64,000 nucleotides of DNA, from positions 33,802,464-33,866,463 of the forward strand of contig NC_043011.1 of the NCBI RefSeq assembly GCF_006345805.1, read 5' to 3'. Positions 12,188 to 25,124 of this stretch are shown one piece after another; position 1 is the first letter of the stretch; each line of letters starts with the position of its first letter. This stretch comes from Octopus sinensis (Eukaryota). The notes beneath the pieces were generated by a model. It did no database searches and had not been told where the DNA came from. It saw nothing but the letters and a program-made list of their open reading frames with translations. The translations under genes and the position numbers were made by a program.

Positions 12188-13224
12188 CTGTAAAGGAAGA
12201 AGAGACAGTTTTGTTTTGTTGTTTTTTTTTTTAATTATTTTTTTTTGTTTTACATGACAACAACAACAATAATTACAACAGCAGTAGCAACAATAACAAT
12301 AACAACAACAACAATAACAAAACCAGCAGCAAACAAACAACAACAAAATTTCTTTTTTTTTTTTTTCTCGAAAAAGAATAAAATAAAATGAAATATAAAT
12401 ATAAATGGATCAGAAATATTTCAACAATTGAACCAATGAATAAAGAGAAAATTAAAGCAGAAAAGAAAAAAAACCCAAAAAAAACCCATCAATTATCATA
12501 GTAAACAAACTTCATGAAGATCACGGGCCCCTGCTTTCATAATTTTACCTATCTTTTGCCAACCCTCATCTCTAAGCATAAAGTTGACCCCCAGCCCCAG
12601 CCCCTGCCAACCTTGTATGATAGCCTGACTGTTGTGGTGCCACACACACACACACATAAACACACACAAACGCACACACATGCATGCATACACACACTCA
12701 TATAAAACAGGCACCTACTACATTCTGTAAAGTGTTTGGCATTAGGAAGGGCTTCCAGGCACAGAAACTTGTCAAGGCACATATTGGAGCCCGACGCAGT
12801 CCTTGGGCTTGTTGGATTCTGTCAAACCATCCAACCCATGCCAGCATGGAAGAATGATGATGATGATGATTGAAAAGTAATCTTAACACATAATGAAGCT
12901 CAGCATCACCATCACTGCCACCACCACTACCATTATCACCATTATCACAACCATCTCCACTTTTACTACCACTTCCACCACCACCGTCACCATCATCATC
13001 ATCATCACTACCACAACTGCCAATACCACCACCAACCACCACCACCACTACCACCAACACCACCAAGATGGTTCCATGCAAGAATGGAAAGGTAGATGCC
13101 AAAGTGATGATATCAGTTCAGCAACCCTGCATGTAGAACAGATCAGTACTAGCTCTCCTCCTCATCATCATCATCATAGTCGTCATTGTCATTATCATTA
13201 TCGCTTATCGGTCATACTCTTTTT

Positions 13225-13432
13225 CTTTTACTTGTTTCAGTCATTTGATTGCGACCATGCTGGAGCACCGCTCTTAGTCGAGCAAATCGACCCCAGAACT
13301 TACTCTTTGTAAGCCTAGTACTTATTCTATCGGTCTCTTTTGCCAAACTGCTAAGTTACGGGGATGTAAACACACCAGCATTGATTGTCATGCGATGTTG
13401 GGGGGGAGGGACAAACACAGACACACAAACAT

Positions 13433-13465
<33 letters not shown>

Positions 13466-13635
13466 CACATATACGACGGGCTTCTTTCAGTTTCCATCTA
13501 CCAAATCCACTCACAAGGCTTTGGTCGGCCCGAGGCTATAGTAGAAGACACTTGTCCAAGGTGCCACGCAGTAGCACTAAACCCAGAACCATGTGGTTGG
13601 TAAGCAAGCTACTTACCACACAGCCACTCCTGCGC
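13225..13635 (-). mobile_element. Bipartite tRNA-derived SINE (tRNA head, CORE-like ccttgggcaagtgtc, microsatellite, 3' body)
   Basis: Head gtggtaagtagcttgcttaccaaccacatggttctgggtttag and body ...ctccagcatggtcgcaatcaaatgactgaaacaagtaaaag. Other full or partial copies at about 16500, 20040, 35625, 39085, 42985-43375, 45386-45760, 45815, 54235, 55480-55870 and 56860. Confidence 0.85.
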
Positions 13636-14827
13636 CTCATTTTCATCATTACTGACACTGATGTCCCTTTAAGTAGTGGGGTCTACAGAGCTCCCTCTCT
13701 TCCTTTCACTCAGAGTCTGGTCCCTACTTTTCCCAAAGCTGTGCTACCTCTCTTCTACAATGGTGCTCTGGGAATGTGACAGGTTGTTATCATCATGACA
13801 TTATTGCCGTTGTCCTCATCATCATCATCATTATCGTCATCATCAACCTCCCTGTGTTGTCCTTTCTTTTACTTGATAATACCATCATTGCATAACACAT
13901 TACAATATCACATGACACTATTACATCACCACCACATGACATTCCATTAACACCATCATATTTTACATTCCAACAACATCTTACAACACATTCCACCACC
14001 ACCACCACCACCACCGCCACAACCACCAGCACCATCATCATCGTTGTCATCATCTTCTTCTTCACCATCATCGTCATCACATGACACATTCCAATTTCTC
14101 TTGGATACTTATAATCCAGAGATAATCCATGTTTCAATGAGTTTTCGTGATTCAGAGCACAGATTAGCTCATATTTTACAAAGGTGAAGGAGAGTGGAAT
14201 TGATAGAAACAGACACAGTGGTCCATAAATAAGTTTATTATTAGGTTGTTTGAGTCTAGTCTTATAATATTTGGGGATAGTATTTCCAGTTATTTTTTTA
14301 TTTCTCTTGTGTTGTTAAAATACAAGCTAATCATCATCATCATCATCATTATTGTTTAACGTCCGTTTTCCATACTAGCAAGGGTTGGACGGTTTGACCA
14401 GTGTCTGGGAAGCCAGGAGGCTGCACCAGGCTCCAGTCTGATCTGGAAGTGTTTCTACAGCTGGATGCCCTTCCTAAAGCCAACCATTCCATGAGTGTAG
14501 TGGGTGCTTTTTACATGCCACCGGCATAGGGACCAGAGGAGGCTGGCAACAGCCACGATCGGTTGGTGTTTTTTACGTGCCACTGGCACAGAAGCCAGCC
14601 AAAGCGGCGCTGGCATCAGCCACATTCAGATGGTGCTTTTTACATTCCACCGGCACGAGTGTCACAACTACAATTTCCATTTGATTTTTATTTTGATGTT
14701 GATGTACTTGACTCAATAGGTCTCCTCAAGCACAGCAGGTTACCCCATGATCCAAGGTAAGCACAGCAAACCATCCTACAATCCAAGGTACTTTGAATGG
14801 ACTGGGGCTGGTTGTGTGAAGCTGATG

Positions 14828-15655
14828 TCCTTTCTACTAAAAGTACAAGGCCTGAAATTTTGTGGAAGGAGACTAATTGATTGCATCGACTCCAGTGTTT
14901 CAACTGGTATTTAATTTATTGACCCCAAAAGGATGAAAGGCAAAGTCAACCTCGGCGGAATTAGAACTCAGAATAGCGACAGATGAAATACTGCCAAGCA
15001 TTTTGCATAGCATGCTAACAATTCTGCCAGATCACTACATTTTTAATAATAATAATAATTCTTTCTACTAAAGGCACAAGGCCTGAAATTTTCTGTGGAG
15101 AAAGGGCAGTGAGGACTAGTCAATTACATCAATCCCAGTGTTTCACTGGTACTTAAATTTATCAACCCTGAAAGGATGAAAAGCAAAATTGACCTTGGTG
15201 GAATTTGAACTCAGAATTTAGCAATGGGCAAATAATTTCAGATTTTGGCACAAGGCCAGTATTTTCAGGGGAGGGGCTAAGTCAATAACATCAATCCCAG
15301 TACTCCACTGGTAGTTATTTTATTGACCCCAAAAGGATGAAAGGCAAAGCTGACCTCGGCAGAATTTGAACTCAGAATGTTTACACAGGTGAGATATTAC
15401 TAAGCATTTTGCCCGGCATGCTAACATATCTGCCAGCTTGCTGCCTTAGTAATAATAATCCTTTCTACTATAGGCACAAGGTCTGAATTTTAGTGTGAGG
15501 GGTTAAGTTGATTACATTGACCCCAGTGTTCAACTGGTACTTATTTTATCAAACCTGAAAGGATGAAAGGCAAAGTCGACCTCGGTGGAATTTGAACTCA
15601 GAATGTAAAGTTAGAAGTAATGCAGTTAAGCATTTGGCACAAGGCCAGCAACAAC
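14828..15655 (-). mobile_element. Four head-to-tail copies of a tRNA-derived SINE (tail type A)
   Basis: Repeated core aattccgccgaggtcgactttgcctttcatcctttcggggtcgataaa...gtaccagt with tail ggccttgtgcc(tatagtagaaag)(att)n. Related copies at about 8570-8700, 39580-39800, 41840-42000, 46990-47330, 50430-51130 and 51730-52050. Confidence 0.85.
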
Positions 15656-15674
15656 AATAAACAGTAACAATTTA

Positions 15675-15960
15675 AATGAAACCAATTACAGCGTGGAAGG
15701 TGTTTATAAGCCATTTAAGAAACACACAAAAACCTTTAGATCCACTTCAGCATTTAAATTTAGAGACTGCGACCTGTTCACTGACAAAATTCCGTGTTGA
15801 CATGCAGCATGGAATTTTGTCAGTGAACAGGTCGCGGTCTCAAAGCGATGAAAATATTTTGGCAAATTAAATCTAAATGTTGAAATGAATCTAACGGTTT
15901 TTGTGTGTTTCTTAAATGGCTTATAAACACTTTCCCCGTTGCAATTGTTTCCATTCCAGC
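15675..15960. mobile_element. Fold-back MITE with nested hairpin
   Basis: Perfect 35-bp outer inverted repeat (15700-15734 and 15896-15930); inner 37-bp stem with 5-nt loop (15763-15841). Confidence 0.8.
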
Positions 15961-18041
15961 ACACGATCTCAAATCAGGTCACTTGCTATGCAAGTACATC
16001 TCCATAATAATTTAAATGAATGCAATGTCAAATAAAGGTGTTTGTCCTTTAAAAAGAAAAATCTTCATGACATCTTTGTTGTCCATTTGAACTCATGACA
16101 TGCTGATATGTAGTTCAGAACCTTAACCACTCAGCCATTCCACTATAAAATTATAATTCGCTGTTGAAGTCCACAATGAGGAGAGATACAGATATAATAG
16201 TTAGTAAAGCCATGAACATCAGCTTAGAACCTTCTAGTATTAGAGATGTCCACAGGGGAACTCAAACACAAGTTTTAACAAAACATTTGCTAATTTAACA
16301 ATGCTCCTAATGCTTATAGCAATATCATAAAGTAGCCAAACCAATGAGGGAGCCTCAATGTGATTCTTCAATATACTAGCAGTCAAATCTTCCTCAAATC
16401 ACACCCTACTGCCTGAGAAAAAAGAAAAAAACATTGAAAATTGAGAATAATTTTGTTTAAACATGGATTTCTTTAACTTCACTTTTTTCCTTTTTTCATT
16501 TTACTTAATTCAGTCATTGGACAACGGCCATGCTGGAGCATGCTTTAAAGGGTTTTTGTTGTACAACTTGACCCCAGTGCTGTATTTTTAAAGTCTGATA
16601 CTTATTGTATTGGTCTGTTATGACAAACTAATTACGTTATGAGGACATAAACAAACCAACACTAGTCAAACAATGATAAAGGACAAACATAAAGACATAC
16701 ATATACACACACACACATACATACATACATTCATACATACATACAAATATCATCATTATCATCTTTAAATAAATTTGAGTGATGTTTCTCTGTCCATTAC
16801 ATTTTTATGCCCGTTAACTCCTCCTAGACCATTGGTGCAAGGACAACGTAACTCAAACCAGTAACTCCCCTAATCCCAGGGAATGTCTATTTTTTTAAGG
16901 GTTGCTTAACTGGGGCTCCACTGACCCCCCCCCCCTATTTTTACTGCATTTTAAACTAAAAGCATCGCATTGGCATCTAAATTGGAGCAATGGCATTGAG
17001 ATTTACACCATGAACTTCCAGGGAGTATCATAAGGAGGTTCAATTTCTAAAGGGCCACTTAAATGGGGCCCCACTCACCCCCTCACCTATTATTTTTACT
17101 GCATCTACCTCTAACCCTAACCCTACGCTTATTAATTAAACTATGATCAGCATCAGTGCTTAGCACATTTGCAGAAATAAGTTTGGGCATTCTAAATACC
17201 TTCACGTACATTCAAATCAAGATAAAGATTTATAACAGGTACGTTTCAGGTGTGGTAGTGTGGATATTTATGAAACTTATGTCTAGGGGGAAAGCTAATT
17301 TTCCTGTTCCGGTTACAGTATTCCCCTAAAAATTTGTAATAGAAGATAGAATGAGACTGAGATGAAATGGATCCTATGCATTTTATCTCAATTTCATTGT
17401 TGTTGCTTTTAAGCCCTAGGTCAGAACAGGTGGCACAGAACTACCTTCAAAAGCTTTCCAGGCACAACTATCTTGTCTTCTTCGGGGTATGTAGCACTAG
17501 TCCACACTGTGGTCTACACCAAAATCTTGGTGGACCACAACTAGTTTCATAAGACCAAAGTTGCAATTTTTTTTTTTTTGACAGACTAAAATCTAAATCA
17601 ATTAAAAGTATACCATGAGTTGGCATTATGCATCTTCTTCTTGGTCCTTTCTATGCATAGCAGGCAGATGCCATTTGCATCATTCTCTATGATGGCCTTG
17701 AACTTAGCCCTGGCTCCTTTGCACACTCTGATCCTTTCCCTTTGGCTGCAGCCACACAATTCTTGTTGTCCGTCATCATTGTCTTAATGTCCACTTATTC
17801 ACGCAGAATTCATCGAGGTAGATTTTCCATGGCCGGATGCTCTTCCTGTCACCAACCCTCACCTGTTTTGAAGTGAGGTAATATTTTCCCATGGCTGAAC
17901 ATTGGAAATAAATGACATTGCTCACATCATGCTTATTCTCATTTACAATTATAACAGTTACAATCCTTTAAAGCTATCAAGCAATGTCAAGATAAGGATT
18001 CACAAACACACATATTTATGTATTAATGTGTGTGTATATAG

Positions 18042-18077
<36 letters not shown>

Positions 18078-19591
18078 TTTGTAGTTTCAGCTCATAGCTG
18101 TGGCCATGCTGATACACCGCCGTTTTGCTACACTGTTATTACTGAGAGCCTCCTCTACTATGTGGCACTTGGTGAAGAATGGAGTTTGATGTAGCTACCC
18201 TCATTTGCACCTCTTTAAATTTAAATAACCATGTTCCCTAACCAGCAAAATTCACTGCAAAAAAGTATTTTCTGCAGATTTATTTCCAGTATTTTGGCTC
18301 GCCAAAACAAAGATTTTTGAATTATAACCCCTGTAAAAAAACTTCATCCTATATTAGTAGTAGATTTATTACTATTCGCTATAGGGACTGGTAACCACTA
18401 TAAGCTGTGGTGGAGAACAGTTCACACGTGTGCTGAGGCTGACCAAAAGATTTTATATTTAGATATATCTGGGGTACTTATATGTACTCATGACTCTTGC
18501 TTTGGCTTTTTTCCATGGGCGCATGTAGGTATTACATTTATTTCTATTCATATTTTCTACTGAAGAGGAAAAAATCTATTATGAGATTAAATCCAAAATT
18601 GATTCAATATAGAAATAACAAACTTTTTTTTTAAATTCTGTTGGCTAGCTTTCCTCGATTTCAGCACAATGTACTTCTGTAGTGGGTATAATAATACGTG
18701 GAAATTGATGATTTAAAAGTCTGTTATCAGCATATTGGCATAGAAATAATCTTCTTTTGCCCTTGTTTATAAGTTGTTTATAATTTTAACCTTTAAAGGT
18801 ATTTTAATATGCTGCCACTATATTAGTAGTATATATATATATACATATATGTATGTATATGTATATTGTTCTGGCATGGTTTTGGCAGTAGGATGTTCTT
18901 CGTAATACCAACCACTTTACAGAATTGACTGGATGGTTTTTTACATGGTTGGCATTAGGAAGGGCATCCAGCCATGAAACCAGGTTAAAGCAGACCTCAC
19001 CAGTTCTGGTGTCACTCTGTAAAATAGTTGGTGTTAAAAAGAGCATCCAGCCTTAAAAGACCATACCGAAATAGACAGTGGAGGTTGACGCAATCCTCCG
19101 GCTTACCAGCTTTAGTCAAACCATCTGACCCATACCAGCAAGAAGGCAGATGTTAAATGATGATGATGATGATGATGACAATATGTATGCATGCACACAC
19201 ATGGACGTACATACATGGAAAGTTTCTTTTAGTCTCCATTTGCCAATTCCACACACAAAGCCCCAGGTGTCACACAGTGAGACTTGAACCCAAAACTATA
19301 TAGTTGGGAAGCAAACTCCTTAACCATACAGCTCTAACTGACGAATGATTATTTTCTTAATTCAAAATATTTATTTCATTACCAAACCTCATAATGTTAT
19401 TAAAAGCAAACTTATATTTGACAGTTCCTGAAGTTTTCCTTGTAGATTTTATAGGAATACTTTTTCTAAAAAGTCCCTCCTAATTTTAAGACGATGGAGA
19501 GTGATTTGAGGGAGATTTGGCTGCTGTTTTTTGCAGGTTGAGCAACCACACAGAAGCTAATAATAAAGTAAAGTTAGTATTAAGTACTTAC

Positions 19592-19698
19592 GTTACTAGT
19601 TTGGTGTTACAAATGATCAACTCCTGCCAATTTACAAACAATATTTTATCTTCCTCATCACTAAGGACACCATTTTCTTTAAGTGGTTGACGAAAGAC
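19592..19698 (-). CDS. ITSN1: Intersectin-like gene, second DH exon
   Basis: Acceptor cttttttgtgctgtttcag, donor GTAAGT; 107 nt, phase 0 to 2. Encodes VFRQPLKENGVLSDEEDKILFVNWQELIICNTKLV(T), compared with recalled human intersectin-1 [36 protein letters not shown]. FVNWxELI is characteristic. Confidence 0.93.
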
Positions 19699-19737
19699 CT
19701 GAAACAGCACAAAAAAGAAAGCATAATTAACTATTAA

Positions 19738-19789
<52 letters not shown>

Positions 19790-20384
19790 CCAACATCATT
19801 CTAATGTTCACCTTCCTATGCTTGCATTGGTTGGGCACGGTTTGTGGAGTCAAATTTTTTTCAAGTCAGATGCCTTTCCTGCTGCCAACCTTTACCTGTT
19901 TTGAAGCAAGGCCAGACATGCTCTCACAGAATACTGGAAACAAATTACACTGCTTGTATAACAGTCGCACTCATTTACAACAATTGCAGAATGTCAAGAC
20001 AAGGAGACACCAACTACACACAGTGTGTGTATGTTTGTGTCTCCTCTCCCACACGCACATATATTTCAGTTTCTGTCAACCAAATCCATTCACAAGGTTT
20101 TGGTCAGCCTGGGGCTTTAGTAGAAAACACTTGCCCAAAGTGCCACTTGAAACCATGTGGTTGGGAAGCAAGCTTCTTAACCACAGAGCTACACCTGTGC
20201 CTACAAGCAATTTGATACAATGTGACAAACTGCAAAATACATTGGTTTTTCTTAGTTTGATCCTTGAAAGCTTGCGGAAGTAAAAAGATTGTGGGAAGGG
20301 GAAAAGAGGAGACATTTTTGACATTCAGTGGTTAAGATTAACTCATGAGCCAGAGGTAATGTTCAATGATGTTAGATGGGATTA

Positions 20385-20880
20385 TGGACATGGAGGTGGC
20401 ATTTTCTGGTTGTGATGGGATCAAGGATATAAGGGTGATATTTTGTGGTTGTGATGGGGCCAGTGACACGGAAGGGACATTTTGAGGTTGTGAACGGGAT
20501 TAGGGACATAGAGGTGATATTTTGTGGTTGTGATGGGACCAGTGACATGGAGGGACCATTTTGAGGTTCTGAACGGGATCAGGAACATAGAGGTGATATT
20601 TTATGGTTGTGATGGGACCAATGACATGGGGGGGGGACGTTTTGCGGTTGTGATGGGATCAAGGATATAGAAGTGATATTTTGTGGTTGTGATGGGGTCA
20701 GTGACATGGATGGAACATTTTGAGGTTCTGAACGGGGTCAGGGACATAGAAGTGATATGTTGTGGCTGTGATGGGGCCAGTGACATGGAGGGGAATTTTG
20801 TGTTTGTGATGGGAGTTACAAATATGAAGATGACATTTTATGGTTGTGTTGGGGTGTCAGGGGTATGGAAGGGACATTTT
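20385..20880. repeat. Minisatellite of about 39-bp monomers in an alternating A/B arrangement
   Basis: ggttgtgatgggatcaaggatatagaggtgatattttgt alternates with ggttgtgatggggccagtgacatggagggacattttga. Confidence 0.9.
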
Positions 20881-21099
20881 TTTTGTTATGAGAATATCAT
20901 GAAATGTAATGCAATATTTAACAGTTTTGAAGAAATCATAAAAAAAAAAAAAAAATGACAGCCACTGGCAATTCAGTGTGATATCTTGCAGGTGTGAAGA
21001 ACTGAAGGGCAGGGAGGAGACATTTAGAAGATGCAGGAAAGATATGAGCAAAAGAGGAGATATCTGAGTGAAATTTGGTAAATGGAAATTATATGGTTG

Positions 21100-21290
21100 T
21101 CCATCAGACAAACTGATCTTTATCCTTGTGTGGTAAGCTTAATCCGTCAATTAGTTTAATAACACCAATGCGCTGGCTCCTAGATGCCCTTAGCACAGAA
21201 TCCACTCTTCTGTAAGCATTTTTGACCAGGTCTCCTATCTGAAAATAATTTAATTTCTGTTCTTCACACCCAGGAAGATGGAGAAAAATG
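21100..21290 (-). mobile_element. Decayed CR1/L2-type LINE RT fragment
   Basis: KLNYFQIGDLVKNAYRRVDSVLRASRSQ resembles the post-RT motif L.F..HI..IV.KAY.R...ILR.F.SR. Confidence 0.4.
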
Positions 21291-21954
21291 GAGAGAACCC
21301 TGAAAAGAGCCATAAACACTACCATCCCTCATTTGACTAAATGATAAAAAAATATTTTAGAAAATATTTAGATAATGACTATTATGGATGATGATGATGA
21401 TGATGGTGATGGTGGTGGTGGTGGTGGTGGTGGTGGCGGCGGTGGTGGTGGTGATGGTAAGGAGGAGGACATAGAGCAGAGGTTTTCAAACTTTCTTCTG
21501 ACATCCAGCATACCTCCTCATCATCATGTCTGACAGTGCTGGCATACAATATGTAAAGAATATAGTGCAAAATGGTTGGATACTATAGAACAGACAACAA
21601 GCACATGAACTATTTGCTATTAATTTGATGTAAATTAAATTCAATGAGTTCAAATCCTGCCATGACCACTTTTGCTTTACATCCTTCCATGGCTGATAAA
21701 ACAAAGTACCAGTCAAGTTTTCGAGGGTATTGATTTTTCCTACTCCAAAACTTTCTGGCCTTAAGCCTACATAATTTGATGACACACCTTCAGACAGGTA
21801 GTAAACTTCTATTTACAATGATAAATAGAATGGAACAGCAAAATCTCTCCACACATTTCCTGAACACAATAGGTGTGTTTAGTTGGTTACAAACAGCTTT
21901 AAAGTCCTAGTGTTTTTACAAACCTCATGTACTACCAATCATGTACAAGATTGG

Positions 21955-22534
21955 TAGTGAGCTGGCAGAAACTTTAGCACACCAAGCAAAATACTTAGCA
22001 TTATTCCGTCTGCCATTATGTTCTGAGTTCAAATTCCGTCGAGGTCAACTTTGCCTTTCATCCTTTTAGGGTCAATAAACTAAGTACCAGTTACACGCTG
22101 GGGTCGATGTAATCGACTTAACCCCTTTGCCTGTCCTTGTTTGTCCCCTCTATGTTTAGCCCCTTGTGGGCAATAAAGAAATAAGAAACGTTAGCATGCC
22201 GGGCGAGATGCTTAGCGGTATTTCGCCTGCCGTTACGTTGTGAGTTCAAATTCCGCCGAGGTTGACTTTGCCTTTCATCCTTTCGGGGTTGATAAATTAA
22301 GTACCAGTTACGCACTGGGGTCGATGTAATCAACTTAATACCTATGTCTGTCCGCGTTTGTCCCCTCTATGTTTAGCCCCTTGTGGGTAATAAAGAAATA
22401 GGTATTTCATCTACATTACATTCGATAAATTAAGTACCAGTTATACACTGGGGATCTATATAATCGACTTAATCCGTCTGTCTGTCCTTGTTTGTCCCAT
22501 CTATGCTTAGCCCCTTGTGGGAAAAAAGAAATAA
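21955..22534 (+). mobile_element. Three tandem copies of the same SINE with tail type B (Tx1-like)
   Basis: Same head and core as 14828-15655, but each copy ends tttgtccc(c/a)tctatg(t/c)ttagccccttgtggg..aa.aaagaaata (ends near 22183, 22400 and 22534). Confidence 0.85.
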
Positions 22535-23129
22535 GATTGTTTTGGACAATGGCAGAAAGAGGGAGACATCACAATTTATTAATTGAACAGAAGTGATAAA
22601 CACTTTCCCCTCTCCTCAGGCACATAAAGAGAAATATTCTCCCACACATATACAGGGGAGAGAGAGAGAGAGAGAAAGAGAAAGAGAGAACAAGGAAACA
22701 CGAAAACATCTGATGTCAAGTGAATCAGCATCAAATTAGTAATATCAAAATAAGCAGCACCGAAACAGCTGTACCAAAATGTTTCATACACTTGCTAGGG
22801 ATACCAGTCTGAGAAGACTAGATATAAAAGAAAAAAAGGGGCTGAGTGATAGTCTTTTTACAGGCAGGCTGATCATGACAAGGTTGTAAACAATATATTC
22901 TTTCCTTCGCATCACCATAAGCATCCTTGGTTTCCTCATTGCTATCTACATCTTGCCATGCCTAGGGTCCTCAACTCCTGATAGAGGTTCAGGGGCAATG
23001 TTAAGGCATATAACATGTATTGGATATTCTTTTTAAACCTTTCTCCTGGGTCTGACCACAGCTGATATCTTCCAGAAAGAAATAAAAACACAACCGACTA
23101 ATCCTGCCACGTGGCACCTGGGAGATATT

Positions 23130-23750
23130 GACAAGAGTTGATGGTAGTGGTGGCAATGGTGGCAGTGGTAGTGGCAATGATGGTGGTGGCCATGGTGGTA
23201 ATGATGATGGGGGGGTAGCAGTAATAATAGTAATGATAATGGTGGTAATGATAAGAGTAATGAGGATAATAGGGGCAAGATGGAGTGATTACTTTGGAAG
23301 AAAACCAACTATTTCTGAGTGTCCTGGAAAAGTAGGCTAGATGTAGAAAAGAAAATGATAATGATGATGATTATGATGATGGCAATGATGATGGTGATAG
23401 TAGTGGTGGTAGTGGTGGTGGTGGTGGTGGTGGTGGTGATGGTCATAAAGATGATGATGATGATATGTTATAGTAATAAAGATGGAGAAGAGCAGAGGAG
23501 GGAGATCGTCACCACCATGACAGCGATCATGAGGATTAATATGAAGACGACAATGATGATGATGATGATGATGATGACACTGTTGATAGGAGCTATGATG
23601 AATACGACATGGGTGGCGTTGATGACGACAACGGCAATGACGATGATATGAAGGGACAAAGATAGTAATAGAGATGGTCATGATGATAATTACAATGATG
23701 ATGATGATGATGATGATGATGTGATCATGATAATTACGATGATGATTAGA

Positions 23751-23783
<33 letters not shown>

Positions 23784-23901
23784 GTTATGATCATGGAGAC
23801 CATGATGACGACACAATTAGATTACGAGATAATTCTGGATAGAGATGATTGCTGGGAGCACAGTCTCAGAATTTTACATAAATGCAATTACATTTCTATT
23901 G

Positions 23902-23933
<32 letters not shown>

Positions 23934-24178
23934 GGTGGTGGTGATGGTGGTGGCGGCGTTGGTAGTGTTGTTGTTGCTGTTGTTGTTGTTGTAACCACTG
24001 CAGTTACTACTCATAGTTTTTGTTTACAACTGTTGTTGTAGATGACAGCAATGTTGTTGCTGTTGTTGTTGTTGCTGCTGCTGCTATTATTATTGTTGTT
24101 GTTATTGTTGCTGCTGTTGTTGTTGTTATTGTTGCTGCTGTTGTTGTTGTTGTTGTTGCTGTTGTTGTTGTTATTATT

Positions 24179-24209
<31 letters not shown>

Positions 24210-24782
24210 TTGTTGTTGTTGTTGTTGCTGCTGTTGCTGTTGTTGTTGTTGCTGCTGCTGTTGTTGTTGTTGTTGTTGCTGTTGTTGTTGTTATTGTTGC
24301 TGCTGTTGCTGTTGTTGTTATTGTTGCTGTTGTTGTTATTGTTGCCTCTGTTGTTGTTGTTATTGTTGCTGCTGTTGTTGTTGTTGTTGTTGCTGCTGCT
24401 GTTGTTGTTGTTGTTGTTGCTGTTGTTGTTGTTATTGTTGCTGCTGTTGTTGTTGTTATTGTTGCTGCTGTTGTTGTTGTTATTGTTGCTGCTGTTGTTG
24501 TTGTTGTTGTTATTGTTGCTGCTGTTGTTGTTGTTATTGTTGCTGTTGTTGTTGTTGTTGTTGTTATTGTTGCTGCTGTTGTTGTTGTTATTGTTATTGT
24601 TGCTGCTGTTGCTGTTGTTGTTGTTGTTGCTGCTGCTGTCACTTTGGAAATAACTTGTGCAATCAGATAAGAACATCTGTAGGAGACTGCTTCAGCAAGA
24701 AATTTGCTTTGTCAATCCGTGAGGTCATCGTGTCAACATTACCACTACTCGCCATCTTCATCATCATCATCATCTTCATCGC

Positions 24783-24818
<36 letters not shown>

Positions 24819-25020
24819 TATCATCATCATTATCATCGCCATCACCCGCCCGCTACCACCACAATAATCATCACCACCACCATGTTTTTTTTCATTCATT
24901 GTCATTTGCATATTCATCAACATCATTGATATTACTATCATCCCCTTCATCATCATCATCATCATCATCGTCATCGTTGTCGTCATCATCATCATAATCA
25001 TCATCATAGCTGTCATTGTT
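23130..25020. repeat. Cluster of trinucleotide microsatellites including ~600 bp of (GTT/GCT/ATT)n at 24040-24640
   Basis: Direct inspection; source of the 203-aa poly-Leu and related ORFs. Confidence 0.97.
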
Positions 25021-25124
25021 ATGATGTGATCATCGTTCTGTTCGCTACCAGCATCATGATAATTGTCATCACCACAGTTCCACTGGTGCTACCACCACCA
25101 CCACTACTATCACCTTTAGCACTA

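Noticed and set aside
21104-21238. Apparent phase-0 terminal exon (IGDLVKNAYRRVDSVLR...)
   Set aside because: It has an acceptor-like site, but the peptide and its upstream frame resemble a CR1/L2 LINE RT segment, and the true next DH exon is at 19592-19698.
22950-23110. Frame resembling the intersectin PH segment (KNIQYMLY...PLN)
   Set aside because: It is out of order (upstream of DH exons 2 and 3), has no good donor, and is flanked by stops.
24007-24676. 200-aa poly-Leu, poly-Asn, poly-Thr and poly-Val ORFs
   Set aside because: Pure (GTT/GCT/ATT)n tract.
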